A stretch of DNA of 33,993 nt from positions 1 to 33,993 of the forward strand of contig CAWJBB010000064.1 in NCBI GenBank assembly GCA_963840855.1, given 5' to 3'. Origin of the DNA: an uncultured delta proteobacterium. GTDB lineage: Bacteria > Desulfobacterota > Binatia > UBA9968. A program made the translations under genes and the position numbers. Below the pieces are notes generated by a model, which was not told where the DNA came from, made no database searches, and saw nothing but the letters and a program-made list of their open reading frames with translations. This document shows, in pieces, positions 9,627 through 17,964 of this stretch. Every line of letters starts with the position of its first letter. The first letter of the stretch is position 1.

Positions 9627-10649
9627 ATGACTCATGCTATGTTGCGCGGAATCGTAACGGTGACGGTTCTGGCGGCCGTTTGGCTCCATCGCATTGACCA
9701 GGCAAGGGCCCAGCCAATTGATACGGCGAAGCTAATCGAAGGCGCGAAAAAGGAAGGCGAGCTGGTAATCTACGGGACCACCGACCTGCGACAGGCAACG
9801 CTGCTCAACGACAAATTCCGTCAGAAGTATCCCTTTATTGACGTCAAATTGAATCGTCTAACCAGCGACAATCTTTACCCCAGGGTGATCGCTGAAACTC
9901 GGTCTGGCAAATTTTTGAGCGACGTGTTGCAGAATAACGCTCTGGGCATGTACTTCCTGAAGAGAGGAAAATTCTTCGCCCACTACCTCTCGCCAGAGGA
10001 TCGCTTTTACTCCAACGAGTTCAAAGACCAGGGCTATTGGACCACCAGCAGCACAAACGTCCACGTCATAGGCTACAACACCCGAGCAGTTGCCCGCGAC
10101 AAGCTTCCCAAGAGGTGGGAGGATCTTTTAAACCCTGCTTGGAAAGGGAAAATGTCGGTCAGTCCGAGGGAGCAATGGTTCGCGTGGATCCTGCAAATCA
10201 TGGGTAAAGAAAATGGCCTCAACTACATGCGCGCGCTTGCCAAACAAAACCCGGCGGTTCGCCGCGAATCCACCGCGATGAGGGCTCAACTCGTTATCGC
10301 CGGCGAATCCGACCTCGATATCGACTCGACTTTCAGCGTTCTTACTCCATTGATGAGAAACGGAGCCCCGGTCGCCTGGACGACCCTCGGCCCCACTCTC
10401 GTCGTTCCGGTCGGGCACGGCGTGGCGACTCGCGCCCCCCACCCCAATGCGGCAAAGCTATTTATCGATTTTGTTCTGTCGAGAGAAGGACAGCGATTGA
10501 TTCTGACTTTTGATCGAAACTCCGCCCGCTCCGACCTCGCTCAGGAGCAGGGCGCCATGAAAGATGTCAAGTTGATTCCCCTTGATCCCTCGCTGGGTGA
10601 TAATATGGAGTTCTACGCGCGCCAGGCTCAAGAGATCTTTGGCAAGTAA
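9627..10649 (+). CDS. ABC transporter substrate-binding protein, AfuA/FbpA-like (SBP_bac_6)
   Basis: 340 aa; GGAGGT RBS; signal peptide ending ARA; GAKKEGEL, IGYNT, PKRWEDLLNPAWKGK, APHPNAAKLFIDF.LS.EGQ. Confidence 0.9.
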   Translation: MTHAMLRGIVTVTVLAAVWLHRIDQARAQPIDTAKLIEGAKKEGELVIYGTTDLRQATLLNDKFRQKYPFIDVKLNRLTSDNLYPRVIAETRSGKFLSDVLQNNALGMYFLKRGKFFAHYLSPEDRFYSNEFKDQGYWTTSSTNVHVIGYNTRAVARDKLPKRWEDLLNPAWKGKMSVSPREQWFAWILQIMGKENGLNYMRALAKQNPAVRRESTAMRAQLVIAGESDLDIDSTFSVLTPLMRNGAPVAWTTLGPTLVVPVGHGVATRAPHPNAAKLFIDFVLSREGQRLILTFDRNSARSDLAQEQGAMKDVKLIPLDPSLGDNMEFYARQAQEIFGK

Positions 10650-10659
10650 ACTTGCCGTG

Positions 10660-10974
10660 CCGTCGCCTCTGAATGGACGGTGACTCTCTAGCGGTGGGCC
10701 CGCAATAGCCGCTCGCAACGCGCCGCCCATGGCTGCCGAATAGTCCACATCGCCGCTCATCAGTCCCTTGGCCGCGATGCTCGCGGACATGTCAATCATC
10801 TTCACGCCCAGGTTATGCCCCTTGAAATATCCTTTTTTTGAAGCTCATGCATACGGCGTCTCGGCAATGGTACGGCCCGATAGCCGATGGCGACATATCG
10901 CGCCTCGGACGAGCCCGCGCAGGTAAACAAGCAGGCAAGCGCACCAATGGCAGTTTTTTCAAAGTAGAACGCAT
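10660..10974 (-). pseudogene. Decayed NitT/TauT (SsuA/THI5-like) substrate-binding protein, N-terminal remnant
   Basis: With two frameshift corrections and one in-frame TGA it reads MRSTLKKTAIGALACLFTCAGSSEARYVAIGY/SGRTIAETPYA*ASKKGYFKGHNLGVKMIDMSASIAAKGLMSGDVDYSAAMGGALRAAIAGPPL, i.e. signal peptide plus the KGYF..GL.V and ..LxSGDVD NitT/TauT motifs; truncated at the 9627 gene end. Confidence 0.72.
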
Positions 10975-10978
10975 GCGT

Positions 10979-11506
10979 TCATTTCCTAAAGCTGACGTAG
11001 ACAAAGGGGACCGAGTAGAAGTTTTTCTCCACTTGGATATGGCAGTCGGGATGGACTTTAGCCTGGCGCCACTCGCTTAACTCGAAGGGAGAGGGTGGCA
11101 GGGCCTTTAATTGCTTTTTCTCTTGCTCGAAGCGCTGGTTGCGGCTCACCCCGTAGTCTTTCATCACCTCGCGGTTCAACCGATGAAGATATTCCCTGAG
11201 GGTTTGATTGAGATCTTGGAGAGAATAGAAGACCCGGTTACGGACCTCCTGGAAAAACCCTCTTTGGATCACTCCGATGTGGCATTCCCCAGAGCCCTTG
11301 TCCCGGGCCTTGTAGGGTCTGGCCGGCAGTACCGCAAAGCCCATGTGATTGGCAAAATCACAGTAGGTGGGATTTACATCGGGGTCGTACAGATCGGCCT
11401 TGTGGACACCGCTCTTGAGATTGTCCACCACTACGTAGGGGGTTATCCCACCAAAGTAGGCGAACATGCGCTGCTGGACCCCGATGAAGGTGGAAAGTTT
11501 GGCCAA
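10979..11506 (-). pseudogene. istA: IS21 transposase IstA fragment (part of the rve/DDE core)
   Basis: Motifs FAYFGG, VVDNLKSGV, YDPDVNPTY.DFANHMGF, PARPYKARDKG, KVHPDCHIQV..NFYSVP; N-terminal HTH/first Asp and the C-terminus are missing. Confidence 0.85.
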
Positions 11507-11550
11507 GGTAGCATCGTTCGTCGGCTCGCTCAGAAACGAAGGGGACCACC

Positions 11551-11634
11551 TGAAATTGGGTGGGTCCCTTCCTTGAAATCAGGTGGGTCCCTTCGTTGAA
11601 ATTGGGTGGGTACGTTCCGTGAAATCGGTCAGCA
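11551..11634. repeat. IS21 subterminal 23-bp tandem direct repeats (3 full plus 1 partial)
   Basis: TGAAATTGGGTGGGTCCCTTCCT / TGAAATCAGGTGGGTCCCTTCGT / TGAAATTGGGTGGGTACGTTCCG / TGAAATCGGTCAGCA; inverted partial copy at 11538-11550. Confidence 0.88.
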
Positions 11635-11821
11635 TGCGTCCTCCTCGGCTTATTCCGGCATTATTTGGCGCGACAGGTTCGGGTTTGGGGGTGTACATCC
11701 GTAAAGCGCGAGGACAGTAAAGGGTAAAAAAAACCAGGCTGTCGACAGTGGGATGCAAAATCCCGTGGCAAAAGCCTTCCTTTGATGGGTGAAAATTTCG
11801 TAAAATTCCCTAGAATTTCCC

Positions 11822-11850
11822 TTGACAGAAAAGTAAGTAAATGCTAACTC
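11822..11850 (+). promoter_or_regulatory. Putative sigma70 promoter with overlapping TetR-type operator
   Basis: TTGACA-N17-TAACTC (TG-extended); imperfect palindrome AGTAAGTAAATGCTAACT (11832-11849) spans the spacer and -10. Confidence 0.55.
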
Positions 11851-11857
11851 ACCGCAC

Positions 11858-12547
11858 ATGAACAATTCTTCCCGCCTAACCGCCGACGAAAGGCGTAACG
11901 CCATCGTAGCGGCCGCTACCGAGGTCTTCGCCGAGAAGGGCTTTCATGGGACGACTACGCGCGAGTTGGCAAAGGCAGCGAGAGTTTCGGAGGCATTGCT
12001 ATACAAACATTTCCCGAGCAAAGAATCTCTGTTCAGTGCCATGCTCGCTAGCGGGGCCAACGGGGCTTTGTCCACGGCGTTCAAACGCATTATTACTCTC
12101 GAGCCATCCACCGCGACCCTGATCATCATGGTGCATTTCATGATCTCATACTATGTACTCAGGGATGCCGGTGCCTCTTCCACCTCCGCGTTGAACATTT
12201 TACAGGTGCGCAGCCTGCTCGCGGATGGAGAATTCGTACGGATAAGGCACAAGAGATTCGCGCCGACATGGATCGCGAAATTCGATGAATGTCTCAAGCA
12301 TGCAGCCGAGGCGGGCGATCTCAGGGAAGCTCCCATGCGTCGAGACCTTCGTGTGTGGTTTGTCCAACATATAGCGTTCTCGCTAATGCTAAACCTTCAT
12401 CCCAAGGTTCCCGCCATCGACTATGACGCCGACCGGGAGACTCTGATAGAACAGGCGACTTGGTTCGCGTTACTCGGCGTCGGCCTAGAGGAAAGGGCGA
12501 TCCGGCGCTACTTTGATCCGAAGGCACTGGCGTTGTTAACAAGTTGA
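11858..12547 (+). CDS. TetR/AcrR family transcriptional regulator
   Basis: N-terminal HTH AATEVFAEKGFHGTTTRELAKAARVSEALLYKHFPSKESL. Confidence 0.95.
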   Translation: MNNSSRLTADERRNAIVAAATEVFAEKGFHGTTTRELAKAARVSEALLYKHFPSKESLFSAMLASGANGALSTAFKRIITLEPSTATLIIMVHFMISYYVLRDAGASSTSALNILQVRSLLADGEFVRIRHKRFAPTWIAKFDECLKHAAEAGDLREAPMRRDLRVWFVQHIAFSLMLNLHPKVPAIDYDADRETLIEQATWFALLGVGLEERAIRRYFDPKALALLTS

Positions 12548-12611
12548 TTTCGCGCCGTGATTAATGAGTGGTCATCTACTGAACCTTTTGCATCGAAACT
12601 GGAGGAAAAGA

Positions 12612-13037
12612 ATGAATCTGCAAAATAGCCACGCGATTTCGCCGGTGGAGGAAACCGGCTCTGCATATGAGCGGGTGAGCTCGCTGTTCCAGGTGGATAG
12701 CCTGGCCGCGACGCAGTATCACGACACCTATCGCCGAAAAATCCCGCAGCAGTCGGAGATTCGCCTTATCCTTGCCGTCCTCGAGGATGCGGTTAACTGC
12801 TTCCAGGACAACATCTTCGCAGTGAACAAGAAGAGGATTCAACTCTTCAAGGAAGCGGAGGATTGGTTCATCAGCGATGACGTGACCTGGATCTTCTCGT
12901 TTGTGTCGATCTGCTCACTTCTCCAACTGGATCCGGGGTATTTTCGGCAGGGACTCAATCGCTGGGCTGCCAAGCAAAGGGCCGCTCGCAAGGGGAAACC
13001 TCGGCTGGTCGCCATTCAGGACCGGCTGGTAGCATGA
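12612..13037 (+). CDS. Conserved hypothetical protein
   Basis: GGAGG RBS before ATG 12612; motif E.RL.LAVLEDA..CFQ...F.EAEDW......FSF..IC..L.LDP.Y.R.GL..W resembles an uncharacterised helical family recalled from deltaproteobacterial genomes. Confidence 0.75.
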   Translation: MNLQNSHAISPVEETGSAYERVSSLFQVDSLAATQYHDTYRRKIPQQSEIRLILAVLEDAVNCFQDNIFAVNKKRIQLFKEAEDWFISDDVTWIFSFVSICSLLQLDPGYFRQGLNRWAAKQRAARKGKPRLVAIQDRLVA

Positions 13038-13076
13038 AGCTCACACGAACCTTCCGATAAGGGACTCTCCTCAAAT

Positions 13077-13104
13077 GGTTAGCCCTCCGAATGGAGGGCT
13101 AACC
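13077..13104. terminator. Hairpin between convergent genes, likely bidirectional terminator
   Basis: Perfect 12-bp stem GGTTAGCCCTCC-GAAT-GGAGGGCTAACC; no strong U-tract. Confidence 0.6.
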
Positions 13105-13142
13105 CACTGGCAATGCAACCGGCCGAACATGCCAACTAAAAT

Positions 13143-14519
13143 TTACGTCCCTTGCTTCTGCACTACCTGCTTGAAGACATCCCAGCTCTTGAGAAGATCC
13201 AGGGCCCGTTTGAGCTGCTGATCTTTATCTATTGTATCATCCCCCGTCGGGCCGGTTGACGGTACCAAGCTGTCCTTGTTCCCTTGCTCCGGGTTCCCTT
13301 GCTCCGGTTCCTGGGTCGGTGTCTTTTGTTGGTTCTGTAGGTGGCCGGGCAAATTCTCTTCCCGAACGCCAGGCCGTTTCCTCTCTTCGGCCTTACTCTC
13401 CTGCGCCGGCGCGCTATCGACGACGATGTCCGGTACGATACCCATAGCTTGAATCGAGCGCCCCTTCGGCGTGAAATAACGGGCGGTGGTCAATCGCAAA
13501 GCAGAATTGTCATCCAACGGCAGGATAGTCTGGACCGAACCCTTCCCGAAGGTTTTTGTCCCAAGGACGACGGCCCGCTTATGGTCCTGCAGCGCACCCG
13601 CGACGATCTCCGATGCGCTGGCGCTACCGCCGTTGACCAAAACAACGACGGGAAAATCCAACCACGACCCATTCTTTTGCGAAAAATATTTCTGCTTCTG
13701 AGACTCGATTCGGCCCTCCGTGTAAACAATCATACCCGCCTCGAGGAACAAATCCGAAACTCTGACTGCCTGAGTCAAGAGTCCGCCGGGATTATTTCGA
13801 AGGTCAAGAACCAACCCCTTGAGCCCGCCTTTCTCCGCGGCCAGCTTCTCTAAAGCTCGTTGAACGTCTCGGTCGCTACGTTCCTGAAATTGCGCCAGCC
13901 GGATATAACCGTAACCCAGGTCAAGTACCCGGCTGCGCACGCTTTGAACGCGAATCGTATCGCGGACCAGCGTGAAATCGATCAGCTCGGGCACCCCCTC
14001 CCGCTTAATTGAAATATTGATTTTTGTTCCCTTGAGACCACGCATTTTTTTCACCGCGTCCACGAGGGTCATGTCCTTAGTGAATTCGTCTTCAATCTTA
14101 AAGATCATATCACCCGGCTGGATTCCTGCTTTGTATGCGGGAGTGTCTTCAATGGGGGAAACGACCGTGAGCACGCCGCCTTTTATGGTGATTTCGATAC
14201 CCAGACCGCCGAATCGCCCCTGGGTATCCATCTGCAAATCTTTATAATGTTCCGGCGTCAAGTAAGCGCTATGGGGGTCGAGGGAATTGAGCATGCCGCT
14301 GACGGCGCCGTTGACTAAATTTTTGGTATCCACCTCTTCAACGTAATTCTTCTTGACGATGGAAAGAATGTTGGTAAACAACTCCAGGCTCTCATAATCC
14401 TGACGAGGCACCGCGGACACACTGGGCACCCACTGGCCCGCGAGAAAAAACCCGAGCGCCACGCCGACGATCAATACCACCAGAGTCGAACCATGCCTGC
14501 CGAACAAACGCATAGACAC
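13143..14519 (-). CDS. ctpA: Carboxyl-terminal processing protease, peptidase S41A
   Basis: N-terminal TM/signal, LDPHSAY, PDZ (FGGLGIEI), LDLRNNPGG, catalytic SASASEIV and TFGKGSVQ; AGGAG RBS; start 14519 or 14513. Confidence 0.95.
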   Translation of the reverse strand: MSMRLFGRHGSTLVVLIVGVALGFFLAGQWVPSVSAVPRQDYESLELFTNILSIVKKNYVEEVDTKNLVNGAVSGMLNSLDPHSAYLTPEHYKDLQMDTQGRFGGLGIEITIKGGVLTVVSPIEDTPAYKAGIQPGDMIFKIEDEFTKDMTLVDAVKKMRGLKGTKINISIKREGVPELIDFTLVRDTIRVQSVRSRVLDLGYGYIRLAQFQERSDRDVQRALEKLAAEKGGLKGLVLDLRNNPGGLLTQAVRVSDLFLEAGMIVYTEGRIESQKQKYFSQKNGSWLDFPVVVLVNGGSASASEIVAGALQDHKRAVVLGTKTFGKGSVQTILPLDDNSALRLTTARYFTPKGRSIQAMGIVPDIVVDSAPAQESKAEERKRPGVREENLPGHLQNQQKTPTQEPEQGNPEQGNKDSLVPSTGPTGDDTIDKDQQLKRALDLLKSWDVFKQVVQKQGT

Positions 14520-14689
14520 ACTCCTGTTTAAACGGTCACGTAAATGAGCAACAGCGTACCTGAATATTAATAAAATAGCTATAAGCGCACTATGGTTAGA
14601 TTCTTAAATGGCTTGACAGGTAAGATCGAGGGCCGCCCCAGCCAGCCCATGACCCGGAGAACCCGATGATGACAGCGTTGCCACGGTAG

Positions 14690-15955
14690 TCACATGCTGG
14701 TGAGGGACACCACCGGCTTTGCCTTTACCTCCCGCGGGTGCTTGCCCGGCTGGCCGGACGCCAAATCGTTCCATAAAATATCGACGATTCGCTCGGCAGC
14801 CCGACCATCCCAGCCCCAGGGCGGCACGGGGCGCGAAAACGTTTCTTGAATCGCTTTAGTAAACTCGTCCACAATGCGCTCTGGATCGATTTCGGCGACG
14901 ACATTAGCTCCACCTTCTAGAGTCACCGGCCTGGAATTGTGATCTGATAAAGTGATACAGGGAATACCAAGGACTCCACTTTCCTCCCTTACACCACGGG
15001 AGTCCGCCAGCACGACCTTGGCCGCCGTCATCAGCCGGACAAAATCGAAATACCCTAGGGGCGGAATTAGACGTATGCGCACGCGCGCATCCCAGGGCTC
15101 CGGTCCATCGAAGAAATGGTCGATAAAGTAGTCGCCTAGGTCCGCCTCGTGGATACTCTTCATGACCGCTGGACTCGCCGGGAAAACCACCGGCATGTGC
15201 TGCGCAATTTGGGAGAACGCCCGTTGCAGCCGCGACAACTTGCCTCTACCGGCGGTGTCGGACAGATGCTGTAACGAAAGCAGCGCGAACGGCCTAATGC
15301 TCGATCCGTTGCTCAACTGCAGGTCACTGAGGATAGAAGAGTCCGTCACCCGGGGGCGATGGCGTAACAGCGTGTCGATCGCTATGCTACCGACGAAATG
15401 GATTTTGTCCCGCGAAACTCCCTCTTGGAGCAGATTTCGATTGGCGCTCTCTTCAGTGGTAAAAAGATAGTCGGACAACAAATCGACGATGGCGCAATTA
15501 ACCTCTTGGGGCGACGTGCGGTGAAAACTTCTCTGTCCGGCTTCGATGTGAGCAAGCGCTGGAACTAAACTTTGCGCCTCGCCTTCGCAATGGAGCCTTG
15601 CCCGTTTGGCTACCAAGGCGCAATCGAGAGCCAAATCAACATCACCGATGACCATGACCACCGCAGGCTGCTCTTGCATTAGCACGTCCGCGAGTCGTTC
15701 GCTAATTTTGGCGCTTTTCTCGAATGGATTAGCCGCGCCTGCTACATCAAGAAACAACTGGGGTTGGGGCAGCTCTAAATCATTAAAGTAAAGATCAAAG
15801 CCACGGGTGTTACAGAATTGCCCCGTGTGCACAAGCACATGGTCGATTGGGCTATGGGGCGACCCGCGGTTGAATCGTTCGATAGCGTCGCAAATGGCCG
15901 CGGCTTTGATTAAACCCGACCTAGTATCGACTACTGATAATATCTTGAGGGACAT
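14690..15955 (-). CDS. UDP-N-acetylglucosamine 2-epimerase-like protein (WecB fold, degenerate motifs)
   Basis: Start ATG 15955 with GGGAG RBS; VHTGQ, VIGD, AHIEAG.RSF, PLGYFDF, DS.G..EE, WDGRAAERIV; several conserved residues substituted. Confidence 0.82.
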   Translation of the reverse strand: MSLKILSVVDTRSGLIKAAAICDAIERFNRGSPHSPIDHVLVHTGQFCNTRGFDLYFNDLELPQPQLFLDVAGAANPFEKSAKISERLADVLMQEQPAVVMVIGDVDLALDCALVAKRARLHCEGEAQSLVPALAHIEAGQRSFHRTSPQEVNCAIVDLLSDYLFTTEESANRNLLQEGVSRDKIHFVGSIAIDTLLRHRPRVTDSSILSDLQLSNGSSIRPFALLSLQHLSDTAGRGKLSRLQRAFSQIAQHMPVVFPASPAVMKSIHEADLGDYFIDHFFDGPEPWDARVRIRLIPPLGYFDFVRLMTAAKVVLADSRGVREESGVLGIPCITLSDHNSRPVTLEGGANVVAEIDPERIVDEFTKAIQETFSRPVPPWGWDGRAAERIVDILWNDLASGQPGKHPREVKAKPVVSLTSM

Positions 15956-16106
15956 GCCAAACTCCCGGTGTCGTCTATGTAACGCACTCGCGTTTAGGTT
16001 AACCAACGAGATAGCGTTAAGAATTTCCATCGACAGTGGTAACCATAAGGCCCCGACCACAGTTGAATTCGAGGAATGGGCTCTCCGTCTGAGCAGCTAA
16101 CTTCAG

Positions 16107-16122
16107 TGCAATCTTCGTACCA
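16107..16122 (-). promoter_or_regulatory. Sigma54 (-24/-12) promoter for the wecB-like gene
   Basis: Minus strand TGGTACG-AAGA-TTGCA matches consensus TGGCACG-N4-TTGCW; ~150 bp upstream of the start. Confidence 0.78.
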
Positions 16123-16230
16123 CTGATGAATTCTTGTTGCCCCAGAGATAATCTATCTAAGAGTTCTAATTTCCCTAAAGAAACTGCTCCAGAGAAAGGG
16201 TACGCCTCGGGGTCGAGAGTGACAACAGGA

Positions 16231-16288
16231 TTGCCGAAGTTGCCCTAACCCCTCCCTCCCGCTCTGTCGATTGGCAATACTGCCCTAA
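16231..16288. promoter_or_regulatory. Candidate upstream activator sequences for an enhancer-binding protein
   Basis: TTGCCGAAGTTGCCCTAA (16231) and TTGGCAATACTGCCCTAA (16271), exactly 40 bp apart and 110-165 bp upstream of the -24 box. Confidence 0.45.
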
Positions 16289-16522
16289 TTTTGGAGTAAT
16301 AACGCACCCGCGCTCGGCCGAGCAAACCAGCGCCGGGAACAGGTACGAATGACGATCAATCGAACCAGGGCCGCGGCCGCCGCACGGGCGCCCTAAGGCC
16401 TGGCGCGTTTGGAGGCTTAGCCCTGGACCAATCGCGTTAAATATCTCGCTTGTTTTGGGAGCGGAGAGCGCGGGCAGCGCGCCGCCGACGTTCCGTCTTT
16501 CCCGAGTGGAAATCGAAGGGGG

Positions 16523-17908
16523 CTATTCAAAGTCCTTAAAGGACTCTTTATGCAGACCATGGCGCCGCATTTTTCGGTAAAGTGTCTTATTATCCACTTT
16601 TGCCTCCTTAGCGGTTGGCCCAATTCCACCCTTATATTTGATCAGCAAGCCGCGCAGATAGTCTTTTTCACTATTCAGCAAATATTGCTTCAATGACTTT
16701 TCGTCGCCGCCGTTTCCGTCCACGAAATACGTATCAACCACGCGCTGGGGCGGAGCCGGCAAATCGACTTCTTCGAGCACCGTGCCGGCGCATTTCACAA
16801 TGGCACGTTCGAGAATATTCTCAAGCTCCCTGATATTTCCCGGCCAGTGGTAAGCGAGCATTTGGTCCAAGACCTTGGATGACACCTGTCGAATGTTGCG
16901 TTCACGGGCAAACGGATGGCGTCCGAGAATGTATTCGATCAATAGCGGCAGGTCTTCGAGCCGATCACGCAGCGGCGGCAACTGCACTGGGATAACGTTG
17001 ATACGGTAGTAAAAATCCTCCCGCAGCATGCCGCGCGCCAAGCACAGCGACAGATCCACATTGGTAGCGGCGATAACCCGCATGTCTATCTTAACTTTGC
17101 GATTGCCTCCCAGACGTTCGACTTCGCGTTCCTGCAGGACGCGCAGCAACTTCACTTGCATCGGCGGCGCCATGGTTTCGATTTCGTCAAGAAACAGAGT
17201 GCCGCCGTCGGCGGTTTCTATTTTGCCGGCCCGGCTCTGTACGGCCCCAGTGAATGCACCTTTTTCGTAACCGAACAACTCGCTTTCCAACAGCGTATCG
17301 GGAAATGCGCCGCAGTTGATGGCGACGAATTGCTTCGTCCTTCTGCGGCTCAAATTGTGAACCGCCCGCGCCACCAGCTCCTTCCCGGTACCGGTCTCTC
17401 CGGTAATCATCACTCCGGAATCCGTTTCCGCCAGCGACCGTATAAGATCGAACACCTTTAGCATCTTGGGACTCTTGCTCAATATATTTTCGAACTTGTG
17501 TTCGTCGTGAACCCGTTCGCGCAGCTCCCTTACCTCCTGAAGCAACCGTCTTCTTTCAATCAGCTTTGCACTGACCAGTCGAATCGCTTCCGGCTGAAAC
17601 GGTTTGGTGATGTAATCGCTGGCGCCGAGCTTCATCGCCTCCACCGCCTGTTTGATATTGCCAAAGGCCGTAATCAGGATGACATCGGTGTCGGAATATT
17701 TTTCCCGGATGTGACGCGTCAGTTGAAAGCCATCGATGCCGGGCATCTTCACGTCTGAGACGACGATGGCGAATCGTTGCTGGGCAAGCTTATCCAAAGC
17801 TTCTTCCCCGGAGGCCGCGGTCGTAACACGGTAGCCTTCTTCTTGGTAAAAGCGAGCCAGTTGTTCGCGCAACTGGTCATAATCTTCGACGATAATGACG
17901 TTGTCCAT
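16523..17908 (-). CDS. Sigma54-dependent response regulator (NtrC/AtoC family; REC-AAA+-Fis HTH)
   Basis: REC with SDVKMP and KPF; Walker A GETGTGKE; ESELFG...GAFTGA; FLDEI; YHWPGNIREL; C-terminal HTH KTLYRKM. Confidence 0.95.
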   Translation of the reverse strand: MDNVIIVEDYDQLREQLARFYQEEGYRVTTAASGEEALDKLAQQRFAIVVSDVKMPGIDGFQLTRHIREKYSDTDVILITAFGNIKQAVEAMKLGASDYITKPFQPEAIRLVSAKLIERRRLLQEVRELRERVHDEHKFENILSKSPKMLKVFDLIRSLAETDSGVMITGETGTGKELVARAVHNLSRRRTKQFVAINCGAFPDTLLESELFGYEKGAFTGAVQSRAGKIETADGGTLFLDEIETMAPPMQVKLLRVLQEREVERLGGNRKVKIDMRVIAATNVDLSLCLARGMLREDFYYRINVIPVQLPPLRDRLEDLPLLIEYILGRHPFARERNIRQVSSKVLDQMLAYHWPGNIRELENILERAIVKCAGTVLEEVDLPAPPQRVVDTYFVDGNGGDEKSLKQYLLNSEKDYLRGLLIKYKGGIGPTAKEAKVDNKTLYRKMRRHGLHKESFKDFE

Positions 17909-17964
17909 CGGCTTCTATCACCTACAATGCGTAATGCGCGTCCATCCTACCTATTGAGCTTGTA

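Larger units (their letters stand above)
10979..11634 (-). mobile_element. IS21-family element remnant (left end plus internal istA fragment)
   Basis: Terminus TGCTGACCGATTTC on the minus strand from 11634, multiple subterminal repeats, istA fragment; TGCGT on both flanks (10974-10978, 11635-11639); no istB and no clear right end. Confidence 0.82.

Noticed and set aside
10458-10805. 115-aa ORF as an intact gene
   Set aside because: Only its first ~40 codons are NitT/TauT-like; the rest is antisense to the 9627 SBP. Treated as part of the pseudogene
11551-11634. 23-bp repeats as a mini CRISPR array
   Set aside because: Repeats are contiguous with no unique spacers, no cas genes are present, and they end in a TG..CA terminus beside istA, so they are IS21 end repeats
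11650-11904. 84-aa minus-strand ORF
   Set aside because: Overlaps the tetR start and promoter, no RBS or family motif
13278-13307. Perfect 15-bp tandem duplication in ctpA (PEQGN x2)
   Set aside because: Real, but an in-frame slippage in a disordered linker with no evident significance
15956-16060. N-terminal extension of the wecB-like ORF
   Set aside because: Homology starts at MSLKILSVV, which has a GGGAG RBS; the extension lies in the predicted sigma54 leader
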